Below are positions 38,530 through 47,538 of a stretch of 56,780 nt of DNA, piece after piece. Source of the stretch: Nitrospirota bacterium (lineage in GTDB: Bacteria; Nitrospirota; Thermodesulfovibrionia; Thermodesulfovibrionales; UBA1546). The translations under genes and the position numbers were made by a program. The stretch covers positions 1-56,780 of the forward strand of contig JAKALU010000005.1 of NCBI GenBank assembly GCA_021824065.1, written 5' to 3'. The notes beneath the pieces were generated by a model. That model worked only from the letters and a program-made list of their open reading frames with translations. It was not told the origin of the DNA and made no database searches. Position 1 is the first letter of the stretch, and every line of letters starts with the position of its first letter.

Positions 38530-39666
38530 ATGAAAAAAGTTTTGGTATTGCTTTTTGCTGTATTGTTTGTCTGCGCAGGATACCTTGCCTTCACTACCAT
38601 TGATTCCAAGACACCCGCTGTTGTAGCTGCAAAAAAGACATATTCAGCCACTGTTTATGTAGCTGGACACGGTGGTCACTTTGCCAAGGCAGATGTGACT
38701 ATAGACCCAAATGACGCTGATAACCCGATAAAGATAAACAGTCTTGATAAGGTTGATATCGGGACAACAGCAACCCACAAAACCCATGATGCGCGTATAG
38801 ACGCCACTGACAGCAACATTCTATTCTGGTCAACATATGCGTTAGATGACAAAGGAAAGCAGCATGTGGGCAAGTCCGACCTGAAAACAGGCAAGGTTAT
38901 TACGGATATAGCGATGGATCCAGACCCAAGGGCTCCTGGAAAGACAGGACCGATTTACTGTGCATCAGGGCAGAGCAAAAAAGATTTTATGCCGGTATTT
39001 ATGGGTAGCGAGGCATATGTCGATGTATTTGATAAGAAAACAATGGAACATAAACACAGGGTGTTTATAAGCGACCTCGGCTATAAGCCTGGCACCTATC
39101 AGTTTTTGCATGGGATTAACTCCAATGATATGAAGAAATTCCTTCTCACCATAACTATGAAGGGTGAGGATGGGAAGATGAACGGGAAGCTGGACTTTGT
39201 AATGGTTGATCTCCCATCCCTTGAGAAGGGCAAATTCAAGGAGCTTGCAAGAAACACATTGAGCGGCGAACCTGGAAAGACCATCACCTTCAGACAGTAT
39301 TTCAGCAAGGATGATAAATTAATCTTTCAGTCAGCTGCAGACAGAGTCTGGGTAATGGATGCAGCCACCCTTAAGCTCGTAGATGAAAAAACGACAGGCG
39401 CTAATGGTCAGAACCATGATGTAATGCCAACCCCTGATGGTAAATATGCTCTCCTGACCCTTAGAACCACTACCGCAGCAGTTGGTGCGGATGGGAAGGC
39501 AATTGAGGGCAAAACCATCACAGATGGTACATTGATGCTCTATGATGCTGATGCCAAAAAACTCGTGGGCAAACCTACATCAACCTGTTTAGGATGTCAC
39601 CAAAACATGGCACTTGGTGATAAGAATGCGATTCTTTGCGGCTTAGACGCCAACTATAAAAAATAA
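38530..39666 (+). CDS. Secreted beta-propeller-like protein with C-terminal CXXCH heme motif (paralog 2)
   Basis: Signal peptide; YVAGHGGH; PTPDGKY; CLGCH; ILCG. Confidence 0.72.
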   Translation: MKKVLVLLFAVLFVCAGYLAFTTIDSKTPAVVAAKKTYSATVYVAGHGGHFAKADVTIDPNDADNPIKINSLDKVDIGTTATHKTHDARIDATDSNILFWSTYALDDKGKQHVGKSDLKTGKVITDIAMDPDPRAPGKTGPIYCASGQSKKDFMPVFMGSEAYVDVFDKKTMEHKHRVFISDLGYKPGTYQFLHGINSNDMKKFLLTITMKGEDGKMNGKLDFVMVDLPSLEKGKFKELARNTLSGEPGKTITFRQYFSKDDKLIFQSAADRVWVMDAATLKLVDEKTTGANGQNHDVMPTPDGKYALLTLRTTTAAVGADGKAIEGKTITDGTLMLYDADAKKLVGKPTSTCLGCHQNMALGDKNAILCGLDANYKK

Positions 39667-39679
39667 CTGCTTTCTTTTT

Positions 39680-39718
39680 ATTCTTTCTATGCGGCTGACA
39701 AAGCCGCATAGAAAGAAT
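39680..39718 (+). terminator. Long hairpin / terminator
   Basis: TTCTTTCTATGCGGCT/AGCCGCATAGAAAGAA perfect inverted repeat. Confidence 0.7.
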
Positions 39719-39748
39719 TTCTTATAATCATTTATAATAAATTAAAAT

Positions 39749-40945
39749 ATGATGAAAAAATTCACGCTATTTTCACTTGCGCTTAAAAACCTCAAAAGGA
39801 AGCCTTTAAGAACAAGTATACTGGTCATCGCGATAGGACTATTGGTATCTGCTTTTGTATTTGCATTATCTTTTGTCAGGCGCGTTGACTCAAGTATCAA
39901 AATTACTTCTGAACGGCTCGGCGCTGACCTGCTTATAGTACCTACAGGATCGAGAGGGGCAGCAGAAGATGTCCTGCTCGAAAATGAGGTGAAGTCATTT
40001 TATATGGATAAAGGTATTGTAGAAAGGGTGAAGAAGATCAAAGGTGTAGACGAATTAACATACCAGACCTATCTTGTTACCATAACAGGTGCTTGCTGTG
40101 ATGTGCCTGAGTCTATAGTTATTGCATTTAACCAGGATACTGATTTCATTATTAAGCCCTGGCTTAATAAAAAGTTGGGCAGGAGGCTTCAAAAAGGTGA
40201 AGCTATTGTTGGCAGTGAGTCGGCTTTTAACATCAGGATAGGGCTCACAGAGGTGGATAGCGTCCTGTTCGGGAATATGTTTAAAATGGTTGGTGTTCTC
40301 GACAAAACAGGAACAGGGCTTGATAACGCCATATTCATCGATGATGAAAATATAGCTGATATAGTGAGGGGAGGCAAGGCGAATATAAAATCAGGGCAGA
40401 TATCCCTCATTTTTGCAAAGATCAAAAAAGGTCATGATCCTTACAAGGTTGCCGGCGAGATTGAGGATTCCATAATAGAAGTAGACGCAGTAGCAAGAAA
40501 GGATATCGGCAAGAATATAATAAATACACTGAGAGATATAAACCGGATATTCTCTATTACAGTGATACTTGCCTCCATACTCTCTGTATTTCTTGTCTGG
40601 GCTGTTTTTTCTGCAATTGCTAATGAGAGGGCAAAAGAAATTGGAATCATGAGGGCTATTGGTGCAAAGGAATACCATGTTGTAAGGCTTTTTTTTCTTG
40701 AGGTTTTGGTTATCGGCAGTATTGGAAGTATCATCGGCATTATCTCCGGGACTGTCCTTTCTTTATTGATGGCAAAGAGTTTCACCATTCTGAAAAATTT
40801 AGCTGCGGACTTAAACACCGTGGAGCGTGTTTTCATAGCTACATTAAGTTTCTTGATTGGAACAGTGGTCTGTGTTGCTGGAGCCCTTTCACCAATCCAG
40901 AGAATAAAAAAACTGGAACCACTTTTAGCAATAAAAGAGGAATAA
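39749..40945 (+). CDS. MacB/FtsX-type ABC permease with periplasmic Cys-Cys motif (paralog 2)
   Basis: RLGADLLIVP, GACCD, ERAKEIGIMRAIGA. Confidence 0.88.
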   Translation: MMKKFTLFSLALKNLKRKPLRTSILVIAIGLLVSAFVFALSFVRRVDSSIKITSERLGADLLIVPTGSRGAAEDVLLENEVKSFYMDKGIVERVKKIKGVDELTYQTYLVTITGACCDVPESIVIAFNQDTDFIIKPWLNKKLGRRLQKGEAIVGSESAFNIRIGLTEVDSVLFGNMFKMVGVLDKTGTGLDNAIFIDDENIADIVRGGKANIKSGQISLIFAKIKKGHDPYKVAGEIEDSIIEVDAVARKDIGKNIINTLRDINRIFSITVILASILSVFLVWAVFSAIANERAKEIGIMRAIGAKEYHVVRLFFLEVLVIGSIGSIIGIISGTVLSLLMAKSFTILKNLAADLNTVERVFIATLSFLIGTVVCVAGALSPIQRIKKLEPLLAIKEE

Positions 40946-40946
40946 T

Positions 40947-41621
40947 TTGTCACAGATAGAGATTATAGACATTACTAAGATCTATTCGATAGATAGTTTG
41001 AATATCAATGCTGTTGATAATGTTTCATTAAGGGTGGAGAAGGGTGAGTTCTTGTCTATAGTAGGGCATTCAGGCTCTGGCAAGACGACCCTGATCTCTA
41101 TTATCGGGGGTATAATAAGACCTTCCTCAGGAAAGATACTGTTTGATGGAACAGATATCTTTTCTTTCAATGACGAAAAATTATCGGGATACAGGAGCGA
41201 GAAAATCGGTTTTATGTTTCAGTTCTCAAGCCTTTTGCCGATTCTTACTGCAAAGGAGAATGTCCTTCTCCCGTGTCTTTTCAGCCCGGCGAAGAGGTCA
41301 GATAATGAAAAAAAGGCAATAGAATATCTTAATATGGTAGGTCTGAGTGATAAGATAAATGCATATTCATCACACCTCTCGGGAGGGCAGCAGAGGAGGG
41401 TTGCCATTGCGCGTGCATTGATGAACGACCCAGAAGTCATACTCGCTGATGAGCCCACAGGCGACCTTGATGAAAAGACAGAGGCTGATATAATGAAGTT
41501 CTTTAAGATAATGAATGAAGAAAGGGATATAACCTTTATTATGGTTACTCATAATACAGAGCTTGCAAGGCAGACTAAACGACAGTTGAAAATGAGTAAT
41601 GGTTCGATTAAGGAATTATAA
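40947..41621 (+). CDS. ABC ATP-binding protein (paralog 2)
   Basis: GHSGSGKT, LSGGQ, ILADEPTG; same NGSIKEL C-terminus as paralog 1. Confidence 0.93.
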   Translation: MSQIEIIDITKIYSIDSLNINAVDNVSLRVEKGEFLSIVGHSGSGKTTLISIIGGIIRPSSGKILFDGTDIFSFNDEKLSGYRSEKIGFMFQFSSLLPILTAKENVLLPCLFSPAKRSDNEKKAIEYLNMVGLSDKINAYSSHLSGGQQRRVAIARALMNDPEVILADEPTGDLDEKTEADIMKFFKIMNEERDITFIMVTHNTELARQTKRQLKMSNGSIKEL

Positions 41622-41628
41622 GAACTCG

Positions 41629-41683
41629 ATAGATTCTAAAGCTCAAACATCAGGTTGACATGCCTATACATTTCTGGTAATTT
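41629..41683 (+). promoter_or_regulatory. Promoter with conserved upstream motif, copy 3
   Basis: ATAGATTCTAAAGCTCAAACATCAGGTTGACA-17 bp-TAATTT. Confidence 0.6.
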
Positions 41684-41688
41684 TCTAT

Positions 41689-41991
41689 ATGATGAGAATA
41701 AGACCGAAAGTTAAAAAGGTGCTTGCATTGACATTACTATTAGGTCTGTTACCTTGTCTTGTGTTTCTCTTTTATCTTACTCCTGCCAAGAAAATGGATT
41801 CTTGTTTTTCATTTATGTCTATCGATGTCTGCGGCAGTCACGATATTCAGTCAACGGCTGTTTCGTTTGCGATTGTGCCTTTTTGCATACTTTTTATATT
41901 CTTTCTGACAATAAGCCGTCTCTCAGAATTTCAAACCTTTCTATACCGGGCAGTTCTCGCTTATTCACTGGATAAGCCCCCTTTAATTTAA
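41689..41991 (+). CDS. Small Cys-containing membrane protein ending in DKPP (possible leader peptide)
   Basis: N-terminal TM, IDVCGSHD, C-terminal LDKPPLI. Confidence 0.5.
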   Translation: MMRIRPKVKKVLALTLLLGLLPCLVFLFYLTPAKKMDSCFSFMSIDVCGSHDIQSTAVSFAIVPFCILFIFFLTISRLSEFQTFLYRAVLAYSLDKPPLI

Positions 41992-42362
41992 AATCCGTTC
42001 TTTGTCTGCTGTAAATCTTACATCTGTATAAGTATCAGGAAGAGTTACATCTGTTTGTGTAAGGATGGCAGGCAAGGATTTCTCCCCGTTAAATGCCCTG
42101 CCTCGGTTTTCGGGGCAGGGACTTTCTGAACAATTGACTATTCAAAAATTATCCTTGATAAATTTAAAATTATAACTATAATTATGTATATAAATTTCAA
42201 TTATAAAGGGTTGTGGATTTTTCAAGACAGCTTTCTGGATTAAAAGAGCAAAGTTCCCCAGTTGTGTTTCCTTTCCGGGAACTGGAAAGGGAGGTGATGT
42301 CTATCGAGAGTCTGCGATAGTAGTTGTTCAATAGTTTTAAGAATTTAATAAAAGGAGGGTTT

Positions 42363-43562
42363 ATGAGGTTTTTGAAATTGATTCTCATACTGCTTTTTAT
42401 GGCAGTCCCGCTTATAGCATCTGCGGAGAAAGCAAAGACGATTGATGAACTTGCCAAAATGTACGACTCATCAAGGTGTAAGGAATGCCATGAAAGTATT
42501 TACAAACAGTGGGAAAATTCTCATCATGCAAGGCCATTGATGGGTGTAAAAGGCGGCTTGATGCTGACACCCCTTGCTACAAAGGGTGCAACCGCTTTTT
42601 CTCCCGATGACCCTAAGAAGGCAACGATAAAGAATTTCCCGTGCTTTAAATGCCATCTCCCGCAGGCAATTACATCAGCAGAGGATTCGGTTGCAGTTGA
42701 GTTAGCCGAGGCGCTTCTTGCAAAAGATTCGACTAAAGTCGCTAAGCTTCAGATCACCTGTATTGTCTGTCACAATACAAAGGCGATTATTCACAAACGC
42801 GAATTAGGCGAGCCAAAGGCAGGCGTTCTTTACAGCTCAAAGGCAGTAGATTCTCACCCTGACGGGATATTCAAAAAAGTTGAAAAGAGCGCTATCATGA
42901 AGGATTCAGTATACTGCGGGCAGTGCCACGGCCTCGGCCCGAATCTCGAGTTTGACCAGGCATTCCAGTGCGCAAACCTTTATGGAAGCTATCTCCATTC
43001 CTACATACCTTCAGGCGCGTCACAGACATGTATGGACTGTCATATGCAGAAGGGTGATCATCTTATAGCCCCTAACTTTAATGACGATAAGGGAACATCA
43101 GAGCTTCTTGCAAAGGCAATCAGCCTCGATGTCCAGACTTTAGGATACGAATGGTTGCTAAAGGCAGGAACATATGTTCCTAAGGTCGTGGTTAATACGA
43201 AGATAACCACAACCGCTGGCCACAGAATCCCTGACGGCTGACCATCGCACAACAGAGTGGTCATGGTAGTGACCGCAAAGGCAGCAGATGGTAAAGAGTT
43301 GGGCAAAGTTGAAAAACACTATCACCCTCAGGCAACAAACTGCCGTGATACAAAGATGAGGTATGGTGCACAGTGGAAAGTTGCAAACCTGCGTGACACA
43401 AGCCTACAGCCTGCTCAGGCCAAAAAAGAGTCAATAGAATTTGATCTTCCAGCAGGCGTAAGAGAAGCAACTGTGACAGTTGATCTTTTCTACGAGAATG
43501 TCAATCCTGGTAATAAGTACTCAATACATTCGATAACAAGGAAAGTATCTCTCGACAGATAG
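42363..43562 (+). CDS. extKL: Penta-heme c-type cytochrome selenoprotein, ExtKL-like (UGA at 43239-43241 read as Sec)
   Basis: Signal peptide; five CXXCH (CKECH, CFKCH, CIVCH, CGQCH, CMDCH); GHRIPDG-TGA-PSHNRVV continues in frame into the 43257-43562 ORF. Confidence 0.88.
43257..43276 (+). promoter_or_regulatory. Bacterial SECIS-like hairpin
   Basis: GTGGTCA TGGTAG TGACCGC stem-loop starting 15 nt after the UGA, with a G-rich loop. Confidence 0.7.
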
Positions 43563-43578
43563 ATCTGATTTGCTGTGG

Positions 43579-43613
43579 AAATGCTGTGCCTGCATTATGC
43601 AGGCACAGCATTT
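43579..43613 (+). terminator. Intrinsic terminator
   Basis: AAATGCTGTGCCTGCA/TGCAGGCACAGCATTT perfect inverted repeat. Confidence 0.75.
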
Positions 43614-43780
43614 ATTTTGAATTAATCCGCCTTTGTTGCCAAATATTTAGGCTTAATTTATATCTTTATATAGCGTGGCAATTATCTCTTGACTATTTAT
43701 TATTTTTTGTGCTAAAAAAAGACGCTTAATATCAGGGGATAAATTAAGAAGTATTTGACTAAATAATGCAGGAGGGGAAG

Positions 43781-44053
43781 ATGGGAAAGAAAGTTGCAGT
43801 GCTCATTAGGAATAATCAGGATGAAGGATTCAGAATGTCTGTCGGTCTTACGCTTGCTGACGATGAAGTGAACGTGTTTCTCATGGACAAAAAACTTGAA
43901 TCAGGCGAAAATATCGACCTCAATGTTGAGACCCTTGGCGATTTGGATGTTAAGCTGTTTTCCAATAATCCTGAAAATAGTAAATTTCAGCAGATGAATA
44001 CCGAAGAGATTGGCAAGGCATTAGCAAATTATGATGCTGTAATCACATATTGA
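43781..44053 (+). CDS. DsrE/DsrF-like sulfur relay protein
   Basis: KKVAVLIR..EGFRMSVGL..VNVFL..YDAVITY fold pattern; next to tusA. Confidence 0.6.
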   Translation: MGKKVAVLIRNNQDEGFRMSVGLTLADDEVNVFLMDKKLESGENIDLNVETLGDLDVKLFSNNPENSKFQQMNTEEIGKALANYDAVITY

Positions 44054-44071
44054 TATATACATAAAGTTATA

Positions 44072-44097
44072 ATGGCGGAGATTTATGTCTCCGCCAT
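44072..44097 (+). terminator. Hairpin / terminator
   Basis: ATGGCGGAGA/TCTCCGCCAT. Confidence 0.6.
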
Positions 44098-44240
44098 AGT
44101 TTTAGTTCCCTGCCATTTAGTAGGAGACTTTCTCTAAAAGCGGAATTCTTAAGCAATATCATAGCGATATTTACCAGGTGGATTTTGCTGTGGAAGATAT
44201 TATAAACTTTAAATATAAAGCACCGGGGAGCTGTTAAAAA

Positions 44241-44489
44241 ATGGAAGAAGATATTAAGCCTGATAAGAAGATAAACATAAAAGGCCTTGTGTGTCCTTAT
44301 ACATTTGTGAAGGCAAAGCTTGCAGTCGAGGATATGGAGGTCGGACAGGTTATCGAGATTTTGCTCGACTATGAGGAGGCATCAAGGAGCATACCAAAAT
44401 CAATGGAAGATCATGGGCAGAAGGTCCTGAAAGTAGAAAAGATAAATGACACAGATTGGATATTGCTTATCAGGAAAGAGAAGGAATAA
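44241..44489 (+). CDS. tusA: TusA/SirA family sulfurtransferase
   Basis: GLVCPYTFVKAKL, GQVIEILLD. Confidence 0.88.
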   Translation: MEEDIKPDKKINIKGLVCPYTFVKAKLAVEDMEVGQVIEILLDYEEASRSIPKSMEDHGQKVLKVEKINDTDWILLIRKEKE

Positions 44490-44523
44490 GCCTGTCTAAT
44501 ATTATCAGGATGGGGGTAATGAT

Positions 44524-45324
44524 ATGGAGTTTACAGAAGACCAGTTACAAAGATATAGTCGTCATATAATACTGCCGGAGGTTGGCGGTAAAGGCCAGAG
44601 AAAATTGCTGCATGCAAAGGTTTTTATTGTCGGTGCAGGTGGTCTTGGATGCCCTGTGGGATACTATCTTGCTGCTGCTGGTGTTGGCACCATTGGAATG
44701 GTAGACAACGACACAGTTGAGTTGAGCAATCTTCAGAGGCAGATAGCTCACAGCACTAAGACCCTTGGCATACACAAGGTTGACTCTGCAAAGGCGACCT
44801 TTGAAGCCTTGAACCCTGATATTAAGGTGGTAGGCATAAAAGACCGGATTTCAAAGGATAATATTAAGGATTTGATAAAAAACTATGATATTGTGGTGGA
44901 TGGCAGTGATAATTTCCCGACAAGGTATCTTGTAAATGATGCATGCGTGATGCTCAAAAAGCCCCTTGTCAGCGGTGCGATTTTGAAATTTGAAGGGCAG
45001 GTCACAACCATTCTTCCCGGCGAAGGTCATTGCTATAGATGTCTCTTTGAGGAAATGCCCCCCCCGGGCCTTGTGCCTTCTTGCCAGGAGGCAGGTGTAA
45101 TTGGAGCTATACCTGGTGTTGTTGGTTCCCTTCAGGCCATTGAGGTTGTCAAACTGATACTTGGGAAGGGTGATGTCTTAAAGAATACCCTTTTGATATA
45201 CGATGCCTTAAAGACAACATTCCGGCGCGTTAAAGTGCCTAAGAATCCGCATTGTCCTGTATGCGGAGATAATCCGACTATTACAGAATTGCGGGATTAC
45301 GATGCAGAGTACTGTAGAATTTAA
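44524..45324 (+). CDS. moeB: MoeB/ThiF E1-like adenylyltransferase
   Basis: RYSRHI, GAGGLG, SNLQRQ, DGSDNF, CYRC, CPVC; no rhodanese domain. Confidence 0.92.
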   Translation: MEFTEDQLQRYSRHIILPEVGGKGQRKLLHAKVFIVGAGGLGCPVGYYLAAAGVGTIGMVDNDTVELSNLQRQIAHSTKTLGIHKVDSAKATFEALNPDIKVVGIKDRISKDNIKDLIKNYDIVVDGSDNFPTRYLVNDACVMLKKPLVSGAILKFEGQVTTILPGEGHCYRCLFEEMPPPGLVPSCQEAGVIGAIPGVVGSLQAIEVVKLILGKGDVLKNTLLIYDALKTTFRRVKVPKNPHCPVCGDNPTITELRDYDAEYCRI

Positions 45325-45344
45325 TTGCTTTACTTAAGCACTAA

Positions 45345-45746
45345 ATGAACGAATTAATCATTCCTCAACAAATCCTCGAAGATATGCTTGTCTACTGCAA
45401 GGGTATGTATCCAAACGAGGCGTGTGGTATTCTTGCAGGGAGGAACAATGAAGCTTTAAAGATTTATAAAATGACCAATATTGAAAATTCTCCTGTAAGT
45501 TATATGATGGATTCGATGGAGCAATTTAAGACTATGAAGGATATGCGTGAAAATAATCTATCCATGCTGGCAATCTTTCATTCCCATCCATCCTCAGCAG
45601 CATACCCCTCGCAGAAGGATTTAAGCCTTGTTTTTTACGAGGATTCTGTTTATGTTATTGTGAGCCTGATAGAAAAAGAACCGATTGCGAAGGGTTTTTT
45701 GATAAGAGAAGGAAGTATAAAAGAGATTGATATCATTGTGAGATAG
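45345..45746 (+). CDS. JAMM/MPN+ (Mov34, Mec-like) metalloprotease
   Basis: PNEACG; HSHP..AYPS.KD. Confidence 0.9.
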   Translation: MNELIIPQQILEDMLVYCKGMYPNEACGILAGRNNEALKIYKMTNIENSPVSYMMDSMEQFKTMKDMRENNLSMLAIFHSHPSSAAYPSQKDLSLVFYEDSVYVIVSLIEKEPIAKGFLIREGSIKEIDIIVR

Positions 45747-45936
45747 GCCAAGGACGATACCAAAGTTCAGTTGTAAAGATTTCAGTAAATCTGCATGGAG
45801 AGGGCAAATCAGTCCTGCTTTTATGGTGTTAGCTGTCAATCCCTTTAATTTTATATTCAATTTGGAGTAGAATATACCTTACTTTTTCTAAAGGTTTCCA
45901 GCATAGTTTTTTCACTGGATTAAACAGGAGGTGTTT

Positions 45937-47175
45937 ATGGGATATGTAAGTGGTCTTAAGTGCAGAGAGTGCGGCAGGGAATATCCTGTTGATCCCATAT
46001 ATGTCTGCGAATTCTGTTTCGGACCATTAGAGGTTGTCTATGACTACAAAAAAATAAAGCGTGTATTGACAAGAAAGAACATAGAGAAGAGGGAGAATAA
46101 TCTCTGGAGGTATAAGGAGCTTCTGCCCATAGATGGAGAGCCGCAGGTAGGCTTGAACTCAGGGTTTACACCTCTTATAAAGGCCGATAACCTTGCAGGC
46201 GAACTCGGGATTAAGGAATTATATATAAAGGACGATACTGTCGCCCATCCAACCCTCTCATTTAAAGACAGGGTTGTGGCAGTCGCACTAACAAAAGCAA
46301 AAGAGTTCGGGTTTGATACAGTTGCATGCGCTTCTACTGGTAACCTGGCCCATTCTGTGTCTGCCCACGGAGCTAAAGCAGGTTTTAAGAGATTTGTTTT
46401 TATCCCCGCAACACTTGAGCCGAGCAAGATTGTCGCATCCCTTGTGTATGAGCCAAATCTGATTGCTGTTGACGGGAACTACGACGAGGTTAACAGACTC
46501 TGCAGCGAGATAGCCAATAAATATAAATGGGCATTTGTGAACATAAATATAAGACCCTTCTACGCAGAAGGTTCAAAGACACAGGGATTTGAGATTATAG
46601 AGCAGTTAGGGTGGAAAGCGCCTGATAATGTTGTTGTGCCGTGTGCCAGCGGTTCACTCTTAACAAAGGTATGGAAGTCATTTAAAGAATTTAAAAAAAT
46701 AGGGATATTGAAGAAGCTTGATACAAAGGTCTTTGCTGCACAGGCAACAGGCTGCTCTCCGATATCTCTTGCAATAAAGCAAGGTACAGATGTAATAAGG
46801 CCTGTGAAGCCAAATACTGTTGCAAAATCCCTTGCAATTGGCAATCCCGCAGATGGATTTTATGCTATTCAAGCTGTAAAGGAAAGCAGAGGATACGGTG
46901 AAGATGTTTCAGATGAGGAAATAATTGAGGGAATAAAAATGCTTGCAAGGGCCGAGGGTATTTTTGCAGAGACCGCAGGTGGTGTTACACTTGCCTGCAC
47001 GAAGAGGCTTATCGAAACAGGGAAGATAGGAAGGGATGAAACAACAGTTATATGCATTACTGGCAATGGGCTTAAAACACAGGAGGCATTGGATGGGCAT
47101 ACAGCGGCACCGCATTACATAAAACCAAATCTCGCATCTTTTGAAGAGGTGCTGAAAAAGATAGGAGGTAAATGA
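45937..47175 (+). CDS. Threonine-synthase-like PLP enzyme (sulfur-carrier-linked paralog)
   Basis: N-terminal CREC/CEFC Zn ribbon, PTLSFKDR, ASTGNLA, TGNGLK; overlaps moaD. Confidence 0.85.
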   Translation: MGYVSGLKCRECGREYPVDPIYVCEFCFGPLEVVYDYKKIKRVLTRKNIEKRENNLWRYKELLPIDGEPQVGLNSGFTPLIKADNLAGELGIKELYIKDDTVAHPTLSFKDRVVAVALTKAKEFGFDTVACASTGNLAHSVSAHGAKAGFKRFVFIPATLEPSKIVASLVYEPNLIAVDGNYDEVNRLCSEIANKYKWAFVNINIRPFYAEGSKTQGFEIIEQLGWKAPDNVVVPCASGSLLTKVWKSFKEFKKIGILKKLDTKVFAAQATGCSPISLAIKQGTDVIRPVKPNTVAKSLAIGNPADGFYAIQAVKESRGYGEDVSDEEIIEGIKMLARAEGIFAETAGGVTLACTKRLIETGKIGRDETTVICITGNGLKTQEALDGHTAAPHYIKPNLASFEEVLKKIGGK

Positions 47176-47456
47176 TGGCAGTAAAGGTAAGGATTCCGAC
47201 ACCGCTGCAGAGATTAACGCAAGGGAAAGAAGAAGTTGATGGTGTGTCAGGCACCATAATGGAACTTGTCACAGACCTTGATAAAAGATTTCCAGGTATA
47301 GGTGAGAGGATATCCGAGGGGGGTAAGGTAAGGAGGTTTGTTAATATTTATGTTAACGAAGAGGACATAAGGTTTCTTAAGGCAGAGGATACGATTGTCA
47401 AGGATGGCGATGAGGTTTCCATAGTCCCTGCAATTGCAGGAGGGGCACGGCAGTGA
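47172..47456 (+). CDS. MoaD/ThiS/CysO-family ubiquitin-like sulfur carrier with a 3-aa extension after GG
   Basis: VRIPTPL, FVNIYVNEEDIR, VPAIAGG-ARQ. Confidence 0.9.
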   Translation: MMAVKVRIPTPLQRLTQGKEEVDGVSGTIMELVTDLDKRFPGIGERISEGGKVRRFVNIYVNEEDIRFLKAEDTIVKDGDEVSIVPAIAGGARQ

Positions 47457-47525
47457 ATAGTAGTTAGTGAACAGTAAATATAGAAATTTAAAACTATTCG
47501 CTGACGACTGTTCACTATTCACTAA
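47451..47525. repeat. Inverted pair of 7-mer arrays
   Basis: gtgaata gtagtta gtgaaca gtaaata versus tattcgc tgacgac tgttcac tattcac. Confidence 0.7.
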
Positions 47526-47538
47526 ACAAGGAGGATTT

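Noticed and set aside
44051-44097. TGA stop of the DsrE-like gene followed by a hairpin, as a possible Sec codon
   Set aside because: The protein ends at a natural-looking C-terminus (AVITY), the hairpin looks like a terminator, and there is no redox motif context
47454-47525. TGA of the moaD-like gene followed by a fold-back, as a possible Sec readthrough
   Set aside because: The fold-back is a 7-mer repeat pair and the frame hits TAG two codons later
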